Source of the DNA: Candidatus Hydrogenedentota bacterium | GTDB lineage: Bacteria; Hydrogenedentota; Hydrogenedentia; Hydrogenedentales; SLHB01 | DNA: 64,000 nt | NCBI GenBank assembly: GCA_963674865.2 | Contig: CAXXYE010000007.1 | Span: 160,001-224,000, forward strand | Direction of reading: 5' to 3' | Part shown: in pieces, positions 18,005 to 27,492 of the stretch | How positions within the stretch are numbered: the stretch's first letter is position 1 | Layout of the letters: each line of letters opens with the position of its first letter | The notes under the pieces: model-generated | Told to the model about the DNA's origin: nothing | Seen by the model: only the letters and a program-made list of their open reading frames with translations | Databases searched by the model: none | Position numbers and translations under genes: made by a program

Positions 18005-20125
18005 TCAACCCTCCTGCCCTGCGCGGGCCGGCCGCGTGCGCTTCTCGACGAAGATCTCCTGCTTGCTGAATGCCGCGATGGCTCGGAGGTGATCCCGGTA
18101 CTCCGGATAGTCCTCCACGGGCACGATCTGCGCCAGCCGCTGGAACGATTCGCGGTAGGCTATCACCCCGTCGTGCTCCTCATACGATGCGCGGAAACTT
18201 AGGTAGGGACTCGTGATTTCGAGTGGGGGAGGAACCCACTTGCTGGAGAAGCCGGGCGGCAAGATAAGATCGATCTCCAGCACGCGCTCCTCCGTTGTCA
18301 TATACTGCAAAGGATATCGCCGCCCTTCGAGCGCCACTTCCGGATAATCGCGCTCGACGGTGGGCATACGCAGGTACATCAGATCCCTGGCCCGGATGGC
18401 GTGCGCGGGAATCCGGTAGTCGATCGTCATGCTCACCTGCTCGCCAAGGTTTTCCAGATCCGATAACGTGAAATCGTCGAGCAAGGCGCCCGGACTGATC
18501 GAGTTGATGTAGTCCGACATCATAGGCTTCCGGTTATCTTCCCGTGTGCGCTTCCAGAAGCCCCGAATGCCCGCCTCGATGCTGCCTGTGTAGCGGTTGT
18601 TTGTCGCCACGGCCACGTCCCCGTTCGGCGCCAGCGTGACCTCGAGATGCGAATACCGGCTGTTGTCTTGCGGCGGCGGCACGGGAATCGTCCGCATATC
18701 GCCCCGGATCGAGTTGACGGCGACCACGCCGTGATCGTCGGCGCGGAAATACGGATATCGATAGTTCTCAGAAGTCGTGTCGAGATAGAAGCTGCGGCCG
18801 TCGAGGACCACCTCGTTGATCGCGTGGTTGCCCTCGATGGTGGGGATTTCCGTCACCGCTTTGGCCGCGGTGTTCGTGAGGATGATGATCGGATAGCTCG
18901 TTACGCCGATGGCCTTGCACATGCTCGCGAAGAGGATCGCCTTATCCGTGCAGTCGCCGTACCGGTTCTCGAAGGTTTCCTGCGCCATGTGTCCCGACCA
19001 GCCCGCGCCCAGGCTGCCCTTGATCGAGATGTAGTGCGTGTTCTCCTGCACCCAGTGATAGAGCCGCGCCAACTTCTCGTCGACGCTCGACGCCCCCGCA
19101 GTCAACTCCGTCACCTTGGCCTCGATTTGGGGCGTCACCATGACGCGCGCCGCCTGAAGCTGCCGCTCGAACGCGAAGACTTCATCGAAGGAAGTGAATA
19201 CCGACCCCTCCATCCGGGGAAGCACATCGGATTCCGGCGGCATCATAGGCTCCGCATCCAGCGGGGGCACGTCTTCCACCGTCCAGGTATACGATACGGT
19301 GCGCGAGGTGCTTTCCGTCACTGGATCATGGGGCAGATCCGGCGGGAAATGGCGCACCACGTAGTTGAATGTCACATCCTTCGGCACGGAAATCCGAACG
19401 CGCGAGAAGACAACCGGCTCCGTGCCTTGGAAGTAGTAGCCCGGGAAGAACAGGCGCGGATCCTCCGGATTGTAGCGCTCGAATGTGTAGGCGTATTCGA
19501 CCACCGACCCCACTTCGACACCGGGAATGACTCCCGAAAGCACTTTGCGGTTCGGATTGAAGAACTCCATGCTCTCCGAAGGACTGCCCACTTCGAGTGC
19601 GTCGGGCGAGAGTGTCTCCACCTGCCCGTCGGGGCTCACGGAATGCGCGTACAAGAGCTGGGCGCGGCTTCGCCCCTCCTGGAATCCAAGCGCAATGTGC
19701 GCCCAGGATTTCATCTCCTCTTTGAGCACCTGTCCGGCGAAGTGATACTGGTATGCGTTCGTTCCATCCTCGCGCAACTCGAATTCGCCGTCATCCACCA
19801 AGATAACCCCGGCGACTCCCGGATGTTGCTGCGCCATCGCCTGCCCTCGCGCAAAGAGGCGCTGAGTCAACGGCGTCAAGCCCTCCGATGCCACGGCCGC
19901 GGCCGGCCCTGCCGCCTCACCGCGCTTCCGCCATTCGACGGACTGCACATCCTGGCGCGGGATGGCCTCGCCGCCAGGCAGTATGAACTCCTGCCCGTCG
20001 AAGGTGAGGCCCTGGATATCCTCCTTGGCATCCCCTTGGTAGAGGTTCAGCTTCTCCGTCACCGGTGCATGCGCGCATCCCAGGAGCACAGCAAACAAGG
20101 CCAATGCAACGATCCGCTTCTTCAC
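18005..20125 (-). CDS. Lipoprotein with DUF3857 and transglutaminase-like domains
   Basis: GTG start after GGAGG; lipobox LLGC; PGVEVGSVVEYAY; YGDCTDKA...NHAI...YLD triad. Confidence 0.85.
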   Translation of the reverse strand: MKKRIVALALFAVLLGCAHAPVTEKLNLYQGDAKEDIQGLTFDGQEFILPGGEAIPRQDVQSVEWRKRGEAAGPAAAVASEGLTPLTQRLFARGQAMAQQHPGVAGVILVDDGEFELREDGTNAYQYHFAGQVLKEEMKSWAHIALGFQEGRSRAQLLYAHSVSPDGQVETLSPDALEVGSPSESMEFFNPNRKVLSGVIPGVEVGSVVEYAYTFERYNPEDPRLFFPGYYFQGTEPVVFSRVRISVPKDVTFNYVVRHFPPDLPHDPVTESTSRTVSYTWTVEDVPPLDAEPMMPPESDVLPRMEGSVFTSFDEVFAFERQLQAARVMVTPQIEAKVTELTAGASSVDEKLARLYHWVQENTHYISIKGSLGAGWSGHMAQETFENRYGDCTDKAILFASMCKAIGVTSYPIIILTNTAAKAVTEIPTIEGNHAINEVVLDGRSFYLDTTSENYRYPYFRADDHGVVAVNSIRGDMRTIPVPPPQDNSRYSHLEVTLAPNGDVAVATNNRYTGSIEAGIRGFWKRTREDNRKPMMSDYINSISPGALLDDFTLSDLENLGEQVSMTIDYRIPAHAIRARDLMYLRMPTVERDYPEVALEGRRYPLQYMTTEERVLEIDLILPPGFSSKWVPPPLEITSPYLSFRASYEEHDGVIAYRESFQRLAQIVPVEDYPEYRDHLRAIAAFSKQEIFVEKRTRPARAGQEG

Positions 20126-20362
20126 GTAGCGATCCTCCACGTTCCACAGCCGGCACCCTTCCCCCGAACCTGCCGCCAGCATAGCAGAAGGCCGCCGCGC
20201 TTCGCAGCATCCGGCAACGCCGCGTGACACCCTTCTTGCGGGAGCGGTGCCATCGGCACATTGGATGAACAGGCCATCGGGCTGCTCTCCTACACTTGAC
20301 ACGACAGCTTCGCGAGGGGCATGATTACTTCCGGCCGCTAACAGACACAGCTAGGAGGGTAG

Positions 20363-20947
20363 ATGGAAATGGCCTCCACGGACAGCAGCGGATCCAACCC
20401 GCTGCCGGACGATCCGAGCGGTTCAGACTCATCTCGTTTCCGAAGGCCCGCTTTGGGAGTGGCTATGGGAGGGCTCTTCTGCCTCGAAGCCTGTACGTAC
20501 TTCATGGATCGTCCTCCGCTTGACGCTGACGCCGTGGCCACGCTTGCTCTCATGGTTCAGATCGGACTTGTGTTGACGGCGTTTATCTCAAGGGCAATAC
20601 TGAATAACATCGACAGTTCTGTGGCGTATCTGGCCCTGGCTTGTTTACACGTCGCCATGCTGTCCCATCTGTCCGCGCTTCATGTCTCGCCGGTGTTGAG
20701 CCTTCTGGTGATTGTCGTCGTCTCTGGCGCCCTCAGGATGCGCGGCGGGGGTGATCCGTTCAGGGAATGGGTGGCAGCAACCTGGCTCAGAGTCTTGGCA
20801 ATCACGGCGATAGTCTTGGGCGTCATCATACTGCTTGACCCCGTCAAGTCGGTCTATGGGATCATTGTCGGCGCCGGCATGTGCATGGCCGGTGTCGCGC
20901 ATCTGCGCATCCCCAATCACTCACCGCAAACCGCCGAGGGCGAGTAG
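20363..20947 (+). CDS. Hypothetical multi-pass membrane protein
   Basis: SD aggagg; about six hydrophobic segments. Confidence 0.65.
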   Translation: MEMASTDSSGSNPLPDDPSGSDSSRFRRPALGVAMGGLFCLEACTYFMDRPPLDADAVATLALMVQIGLVLTAFISRAILNNIDSSVAYLALACLHVAMLSHLSALHVSPVLSLLVIVVVSGALRMRGGGDPFREWVAATWLRVLAITAIVLGVIILLDPVKSVYGIIVGAGMCMAGVAHLRIPNHSPQTAEGE

Positions 20948-20999
20948 CGTCCCCGGCTTGCGAACGGTTCCCGACGAACCGCGGCCCATCTGCATTCGG

Positions 21000-22581
21000 T
21001 GTCAAGACTCTTTAGAAATGTCACATGTTGGGACTCATTAGAAATGTCCTATGCTCGATGGTTGCAGAAGCGAGTTATCCAAGGTCTGTGGTCAGGTGCG
21101 TAGCAGCTGTCCCCAGACCGTCATATCCACATCCAGCGCGAAGCGCGCGGGCGCATAGCGCTCGTCGAGGATGTGGATATGTGGGTAACTCGCGTGCTCA
21201 CCTTTCTTTTGCGTTCATGAGAGGTAGGCGTTGGACGTTGGGCCGCCAGCGCTTGTAGGGCGCGGGGGGAGCGTTCTTCTTCTTGGGCTTGGCGGGGGGC
21301 TGGACCTGTTGGACTCGTTGCTGCCCTTCTCGTTTGTATTGCTTGACCGTGAGCCTGCGGTAGTCAAGGTCCTGGTCTTTGTAGAGCAGCCTGATGCCGC
21401 CGTGCAGATGGGTGCGGACCAGAATCCTGTCTTTGGGCCGGGGCAGAGGACTGTTGTTCTTGAGGATTTGGTAGTAATGATTCCCGAAACGGACGGTCCA
21501 GTCGTTTTGGACGACGCGCAGTTCCTCGAAGCAAAAAATGTCATGCAGCTCAAGGCCTTTGGGTGGAGGACGGTGATAGTCCAGTTCCTCACGGGGCGCA
21601 ATGGCGAACTTGGCGTTCAGAGCGTCACAAAAGCTTTCGTAGAGCAGCTTGTCGGCGGTGGCGATGGTGGTGATGCGCCGCAAGGCGAGTTCCTTGACGA
21701 ACCGGTTCTGGTATGTGCCGTTGGAGCGCTCGACGCGGCCTTTGGCTTGAGGCGAAGTCGCGGGGATGATGACGATTCCCAGCTTATAGCAGGCCTCTCC
21801 GAATTGAGTCAGCGGCTCGCGCCCCGCCAGTTGCTCTTCGAGCGTGGGCTCCCGGCCGGTGATGTAGACGTTCTTTCGGTCCGTATACAGCGCCCGAGGA
21901 ATACCGTATTTCTCGATCCACCGCCACAGAAGCTGCATGGCGGCCTGCTTCGTTTCTTGCTCGGCCATGAGCGCCAAGGTTTCTCCTGTGGCGTCATCTA
22001 TCATGTTCATCAGACAAGTTTGGCCTTGGTCCGGCCCGAACCAGTGGTGGTGACTCCCATCCATCTGCACCAGCTCTCCGAAATGGGCTCGCCGCTCCCT
22101 GCGGGAGCGATGCCGGCGCCCGGTGTCTCCCTTCGCCCAGAGCCCCTGCTCAAGCAGCCAGCGCCGTAACGTCTCGTGGTCGATGCACAGGCCTTCCTCC
22201 GCCAGCTTCTCCGCGGCCAGGGTCGGCCCCAAATCGTGTTCTCTATAGCGTTCCTGATAGCGCCGAAGGACTTTGTCCCGGAACGCGGCAGGCTTGGCTC
22301 GATTAGACGCCCGGCCCCGGTTGCGATGCACCAACCCCTCATCTCCCTCTGACACGAAGCGTGCGTGTATCCGCAGCGCCTGCCGGTAGCTCACTTCCAT
22401 GCGCCGCGCCGCTTCCGCCAGGGTCATATGCTTTCCCACAACAAGCTCCAACAACGACTTACGCATCAATTCCTTGCGACTCATCTTCAAATGCCCTTCC
22501 ACGGCAGCCCTCCAAGTGAAAGGCTCCAATTGTGACATTTCTAATGAGTCGAGGGGGTGACACTATCAAAGAGTCGCGACA
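21000..22581 (-). mobile_element. Complete IS1202-family (formerly ISNCY) insertion sequence, 1582 bp, 17-bp target-site duplication
   Basis: TGT...ACA ends; imperfect IRs with repeated GACTC(A/T)TTAGAAATGTC units; direct repeat GGCCCATCTGCATTCGG at 20983-20999 and 22582-22598. Confidence 0.93.
21198..22502 (-). CDS. DDE transposase (IS1202 family)
   Basis: N-terminal HTH; LVQMDGS, ALYTDR, AKGRVER; probable GTG start after GGAGG. Confidence 0.93.
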   Translation of the reverse strand: MEGHLKMSRKELMRKSLLELVVGKHMTLAEAARRMEVSYRQALRIHARFVSEGDEGLVHRNRGRASNRAKPAAFRDKVLRRYQERYREHDLGPTLAAEKLAEEGLCIDHETLRRWLLEQGLWAKGDTGRRHRSRRERRAHFGELVQMDGSHHHWFGPDQGQTCLMNMIDDATGETLALMAEQETKQAAMQLLWRWIEKYGIPRALYTDRKNVYITGREPTLEEQLAGREPLTQFGEACYKLGIVIIPATSPQAKGRVERSNGTYQNRFVKELALRRITTIATADKLLYESFCDALNAKFAIAPREELDYHRPPPKGLELHDIFCFEELRVVQNDWTVRFGNHYYQILKNNSPLPRPKDRILVRTHLHGGIRLLYKDQDLDYRRLTVKQYKREGQQRVQQVQPPAKPKKKNAPPAPYKRWRPNVQRLPLMNAKER

Positions 22582-22598
22582 GGCCCATCTGCATTCGG

Positions 22599-22627
22599 TT
22601 GACTTCCCCCTTGCGCCTGCCTATCAT
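22599..22627 (+). promoter_or_regulatory. Putative sigma70 promoter abutting the IS target duplication
   Basis: TTGACT-N17-TATCAT. Confidence 0.6.
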
Positions 22628-22674
22628 ACGAACGCGCTGGCTGCGCTTAATTCTTCCCGTGAAAGGGCTTGGGG

Positions 22675-23244
22675 ATGCTAAGACTTTGCCTTTCGCTGCT
22701 CACGATTGCCATTCTTCTTTCCTCGGGCCAGGCGATGGCCGACTGCGGGCTGTTCAAGCGATTCGACGATGGTTGGTGGCGTGTCGAGATGAATGGCGTG
22801 GCCGGCCTGCCCGCTAGCCACAGCAGCCGCGACGGCGACTTCCTGCTTTCCGGCTCCGTCGAGTATGAGTGGCCCACGGAGACATGGGAGCGGGCCACGC
22901 TGGGCCTCCGCGCCTACCCCTTGTTCGCGTACCACGAAGAGGCCGAATCGCGCGATCACACCATCTATGGCGGCGCTATCGGCATTACGGGCCGCGCGTA
23001 CCGGAACAAGGAGCAGCACGACGGTCTTTTCGCCGAACTGGCAGGCGCGGCGTTGTATCAATCCAGGGAGTTCGAGCGCAACACCTCCCGCTTCAACTTC
23101 TGCGCCGAACTTGGAGTCGGCTACAAGTTCCCCGAAAGCCATTGGCACGTCACCGCCAAGTTCGTCCACATCAGCAACGGCGGCCTCGGTAGCCGGAACT
23201 CCGGCGTCAACGGCCTCGGCCTGGCCGTTGGGCGCAGCTTCTAG
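22675..23244 (+). CDS. Acyloxyacyl hydrolase / PagL-like outer-membrane beta-barrel
   Basis: Signal peptide; SRFNF; HISNGG...NSGVN; terminal Phe. Confidence 0.8.
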   Translation: MLRLCLSLLTIAILLSSGQAMADCGLFKRFDDGWWRVEMNGVAGLPASHSSRDGDFLLSGSVEYEWPTETWERATLGLRAYPLFAYHEEAESRDHTIYGGAIGITGRAYRNKEQHDGLFAELAGAALYQSREFERNTSRFNFCAELGVGYKFPESHWHVTAKFVHISNGGLGSRNSGVNGLGLAVGRSF

Positions 23245-23399
23245 CTCGCGTTCTTCCACCCCTGGGAGGGACGTGCTCCTGCCCATCCGCGCTCACCCCG
23301 AAGCGCCATCCTCCGCTCTGCGTTGCTCCGCGTCCTTTGCTTCTCTGCGTTTAGATCCGTCCGTACAGGCACCGGGAGACGGCAAGGCATCTGTCCGGC

Positions 23400-24350
23400 T
23401 TACCGGGTCGGAGCTCCGGTCGCGAGCCGCTGCATCACTTCCTCGTCGAGTTGCACGTCGACGGCGTCAAGGCTTTCGTTGAGTTGCTCGACGGTGCTCG
23501 CGCCAATCAGTGGAATGACGGTTATCTCGTGTGCGCGCATCCACGCCAAAACGAGTTGCGGGGCCGTTATCGCGAGTTCTTCGGCGACGGTGCGGAGCAA
23601 CGCCAGGCGCCTCTCGCTGTCTTCCCCCACATACTGATCGCGGAGCGCCTTATCCGGCCTGCCCGCGATCGCGCCCTTGAGAAACGGCGCGTAGCCGACA
23701 AGCGGGAAATCGTTGGCCCGGCAGAAGTCCAACAAGTCGTCGTTCGTCGCCACTTGAATCCCGAATCTCGCGCCGGGCCGGGGGCGTAGATAGGAGTAGC
23801 GCTGCTGGATGCAGCAGTAGGCGGCCCAGCCGTTCACCTTGCTCGTCCACAACGCTTCCACCAGCCGCGTCGGGAGATAGTTGCTGGCACCGATACAGCG
23901 CACCTTGCCGCTCGTGACGAGCCGATCAAAGGCGGCGAGCGTTTCTTCGAGCGGCGCGTCGCGATCGTCTATGTGGGCGTAATACAAGTCGATCACATCC
24001 GTGCCTAGCCGCTCCAGACTCCGCTCACATTCCCGCTCGATCTGCCCGGCCCGCAGCCCGGCGGGCTGCTCCGGATACACCTGGCCGACCTTCGTGGCGA
24101 CGAATAGGACGTCTCGGTTGCCGCGCTCCTTCATCCAGCGCCCGATGAGCCGCTCGCTCTCGCCGCCCCGGCAATTCGGCGCGTCCCGGTTGTAGATATT
24201 CGCCGTGTCGATGAAGGCCCCGCCTCGCTCCGCGTAGGCATCAAGGATACGAATCGACACATCCTCCGGCGTGTTGCTGCCCAAATGCAGCGCGCCGAGG
24301 CACAATTCGCTTACGGATATGCCGCTGGCGCCAAGTACTACCTTTTTCAT
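23400..24350 (-). CDS. Aldo/keto reductase
   Basis: LCLG, IDTANIY, ATK, SLERLGTDVIDLYYAH, IGASNY. Confidence 0.93.
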   Translation of the reverse strand: MKKVVLGASGISVSELCLGALHLGSNTPEDVSIRILDAYAERGGAFIDTANIYNRDAPNCRGGESERLIGRWMKERGNRDVLFVATKVGQVYPEQPAGLRAGQIERECERSLERLGTDVIDLYYAHIDDRDAPLEETLAAFDRLVTSGKVRCIGASNYLPTRLVEALWTSKVNGWAAYCCIQQRYSYLRPRPGARFGIQVATNDDLLDFCRANDFPLVGYAPFLKGAIAGRPDKALRDQYVGEDSERRLALLRTVAEELAITAPQLVLAWMRAHEITVIPLIGASTVEQLNESLDAVDVQLDEEVMQRLATGAPTR

Positions 24351-24385
24351 CGTATCTCCTCGTTAGTGTCTTGAGGCGGCCGCGC

Positions 24386-25161
24386 CTAGGCCATCTTCCG
24401 CAATTTGCCGATGACACGTCTAGGCAGGTGTTTGAGTGCCGACAGCTTCTGTCGATAGTACAGACGCGGCAAATACTTCCTCATATTGGCCGCGAATAGG
24501 CTCTTGCCGTAGAAGCTATGAGGGCTGTACCCGAATTGCCTCATGAACTCAATGACCTCTGACGCATCGCGCTGGCCTTCCGGGTCGCGAAATCCATGGA
24601 CCTCCATAAGAAAGAATGTCTTGCCCTTCTTGAGCAGGTTCTGGCTTCCCCGCAGTACCCGCAACTCACTTCCCTCGACGTCCATCTTCACGCAGTCCGG
24701 CACAACGTCCGGGAACAGACTGTCCAGTGTGAAACTGTCAACTTCGACCTCAGTCCACTCGACCCGCTGCTTTGCCTCATCATTAAGGTGCGTCAAACCG
24801 TGTCTGAACTGAACAGGCCGCCGCTCACGTTGGAACTCGTCGTGTGAAAGGTGATTTTCCCGTCTTTGTCTGAAGCCGCGCCGTGTATGCTCCTGATCGT
24901 GTTCGACGACGAAGCGTTCCAGGTTCGACAGTTGGACTCCAATCGCTCGTAGCGGATTGGATCGGCCTCTATAGCGACTATCTCTCCCCGTGCCATTGTT
25001 CGGTTTGCGAAGTAGGTGTACTGGCCCAAGCTGGCCCCGATATCCACAAAGAGCTTTGCCGGACGCAAGAGTTCCCAAAGGTGCTCTATGACTTCCTTTT
25101 CATCCATCTCCTCCGAGAAATAGGAGCGTTCCAGACTCTCATAGATCTCTTGCTTTTCCAT
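24386..25161 (-). pseudogene. FkbM-family methyltransferase, frameshifted
   Basis: N-terminal half FVDIGASLGQYT...IEAD; C-terminal half TLDSL...KMDVEGSE..VLRG in another frame; CTGAA duplicated at 24804-24813. Confidence 0.85.
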
Positions 25162-25352
25162 CCAGTAACTCCTCTATGGATGAGCCCGCCAGCGGTTTCG
25201 TGTCATGCTGCCGCAGCCCCTGCTATCGCTTACTTGTGTCCCATGGCAGCGCAACTGCGCGGCCTCCGGGGAAGTCTTCGGGACGCCCCCCGCATGAACT
25301 CCCCAAATCTGGGAAGTACTAGGATCGCCAACCCGGGCGCCGGTGACGGGCG

Positions 25353-27383
25353 CTACCGCGTATACACCTCTTTGACCTTCGTGTCCTTCGCGAGCTGCAC
25401 GTCCTCGTTCTTCTGGAGGACGGAGCAAATGGAGAGCCCTTCCTGGACTTCCTTGACTTCGAGGACGCCAACCGTCACCTGTCGCCGGCCGATGACCTTC
25501 CCGCCCGCCTCGATAGGATCGCCTTCCTCGATGATGGAGAACCGCTGGCCAGGCTGGACCCCGTGCTTCGCCCCGAGGTTGATGATGACGGCCGTATCAT
25601 CCGTTGCCTCGGCGATGAGGCCCTGGAGCCGCCGCTTGGCCGCGATCTTGTTCACCAACTCCTGCACGAAGGCATCCATCATCCCGTCGAGGTCCGTATT
25701 GGCGCGGAACGCCTTGGCAACCTGCGTTTCGATGCGCGTCGTCTCGCTCTTGATCATGCGCAGATACATGGTGACGTCCGGCCCGGCTTGCGCGAAATCG
25801 ACAAATCCCAGAAGTTGCGCGCTCAACACCTTGCCCAGGCGAAGCTGATTGTCCTGATCGGCCAGTTCTGACGAGCCTAGTTCAAGTTCTTGGAGCAGCT
25901 TGTCGAGCAGATCGCGTTCCACCACCTGAATGTGCTCGAGGCCCTGCAAGCGCGCCTCCAGTTCCCGGCGCAAGGCGATGTCCGTGCCTGCCCGCTCGAA
26001 GAACACCGGCGTCGAGCGCTCCGACGGTAGAAACGCCACGATGAGCGGGCGTGTCGTCCATTCATCCGCGGGCTTGTCCATCCCAGCCGCCTTGAGTTCC
26101 TTGTAGCGCGCGCTCAGATCGGCGATCTGCTTGCGAATGAGTTCCGTCCGCTTCAGATCGTTCGCGTCTTCCATCTCCTTCTTCACCTGGCGCAGCATCA
26201 TGCCCACCAAGTCGTCATCCCGGCGTTTGTCGGCCTCTTCGAGCACCTGCGCCGCCTTCGCGAGATGGCCCTGCTCCCGGTATAGGGCGCCCTCATTGCT
26301 GAGAGCCTCGACGTTATAGAAGTCCAATGACACGGCCTCACGGTATTTCTCGACGGCCGCGTCCGTGTCGCCCTTCTCCTGATGCAGGCGGCCCTCGATG
26401 GCGGTCGCCTCGGCCCGCTGCCAGTCCTCCGCCGGCTTCGCCGCGCCCAAAGCCGCCTCGGCCTTATCCAGTTTCCCGCCGCGCATCAGCGCCCGCGCCT
26501 TGATGGTGGCCGCATAACCGCTCGGATCCTGCGATGACAGCTCGACGGCCTTGTCGAGTTCGCCCCGTTCCAACGCTACCTTAGCAAGACCTGCCTTCGA
26601 ATCGATCTGCCCGAACTCAGCCTCCGCTTCGTCCAGCTTGCCTGCGGCGGTGAAGATATAGCCCTTGGCCTCGTGCACCGCCTTTTCATCTTCCCCTGCC
26701 TCAAGCGCCAAGTCGGCGACGTTTGCCGCGTCTTCCTCGGCGCCCTGCTGCATCAGCGCCACGGCAACATCCTTTATGATGTTCGCTTTGGCGGTGCCGG
26801 TGCCGCGGAGCACCTTCACAATGATCCGATCTTCATCAGGATGGACAAACAAGGTGATCGGCAGCGCGTCGACCTGTTCGAGCCACGACTCATCTCCGAG
26901 TTGCTTCGAGTCGATGATGTGATAGGGGATGTCGAGGCCCTCCGCGAACTCCTGGAGCGCCTTTTCCTCCTCCTGGATGCCCAAGGCCACGATCCGGACC
27001 TTTTCCCCGTATCGCGCATCCAGAAACTTGAGCTTCTTGGCGATTTCCTCGCCGCTGCTCACGGTGAAGAAGAACTCGATGATGAGATCGGGCTTGTCGG
27101 CTATGATCTTGTCCAGATCGACGAGGATCCTATGGATATCCTTGGCCTCGATATCAGGCGCCGTCCCGTTCTTTCTTAGCTCGACGGCCCTGACCTCAGG
27201 CGACGCTTGAGCATCGGCGCTCTCGGCGGATGCGGCGGGCGGCGTTGCAGCGCCCTGCGCCAATTGGATTGACTCACCGGGCGCACTTGTCGCGCTCCCG
27301 CCGTCCGGCGGCTCCACGGCCTTGCCGCACGCCAGTCCCAGCGAGACTGTAAGAATGAAGAGTGCAATGACCACGTGTTTCAT
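25353..27383 (-). CDS. Lipoprotein: Cys-less thioredoxin-like domain, TPRs, CsgG-like domain and FlgT-C-like domain
   Basis: Lipobox LAC; TPR helices; VVERDLLDKLLQELEL...LGKVLSA; INLGAKHGVQPGQRF. Confidence 0.75.
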   Translation of the reverse strand: MKHVVIALFILTVSLGLACGKAVEPPDGGSATSAPGESIQLAQGAATPPAASAESADAQASPEVRAVELRKNGTAPDIEAKDIHRILVDLDKIIADKPDLIIEFFFTVSSGEEIAKKLKFLDARYGEKVRIVALGIQEEEKALQEFAEGLDIPYHIIDSKQLGDESWLEQVDALPITLFVHPDEDRIIVKVLRGTGTAKANIIKDVAVALMQQGAEEDAANVADLALEAGEDEKAVHEAKGYIFTAAGKLDEAEAEFGQIDSKAGLAKVALERGELDKAVELSSQDPSGYAATIKARALMRGGKLDKAEAALGAAKPAEDWQRAEATAIEGRLHQEKGDTDAAVEKYREAVSLDFYNVEALSNEGALYREQGHLAKAAQVLEEADKRRDDDLVGMMLRQVKKEMEDANDLKRTELIRKQIADLSARYKELKAAGMDKPADEWTTRPLIVAFLPSERSTPVFFERAGTDIALRRELEARLQGLEHIQVVERDLLDKLLQELELGSSELADQDNQLRLGKVLSAQLLGFVDFAQAGPDVTMYLRMIKSETTRIETQVAKAFRANTDLDGMMDAFVQELVNKIAAKRRLQGLIAEATDDTAVIINLGAKHGVQPGQRFSIIEEGDPIEAGGKVIGRRQVTVGVLEVKEVQEGLSICSVLQKNEDVQLAKDTKVKEVYTR

Positions 27384-27471
27384 ATCGGCTTCCTCCACTC
27401 GGGCCGACCCCCTATCCATCCGTCGCGGGAGCTTTCCCACGACGGTGTGAACTGTCCACTATGCCATGTCC

Positions 27472-27480
27472 ATTATAGCA
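27472..27480 (-). promoter_or_regulatory. Extended -10 promoter
   Basis: Perfect TGCTATAAT on the minus strand upstream of the lipoprotein gene. Confidence 0.6.
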
Positions 27481-27492
27481 GCCGATGCCGAA

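Noticed and set aside
21070..21193. Chromosomal replication origin
   Set aside because: DnaA-box-like words are few and imperfect, lie inside an IS, and there is no AT-rich unwinding element or dnaA/dnaN context.
24793..24820. Programmed ribosomal frameshift in the FkbM gene
   Set aside because: No slippery heptamer; a 5-bp duplication fully explains the shift.
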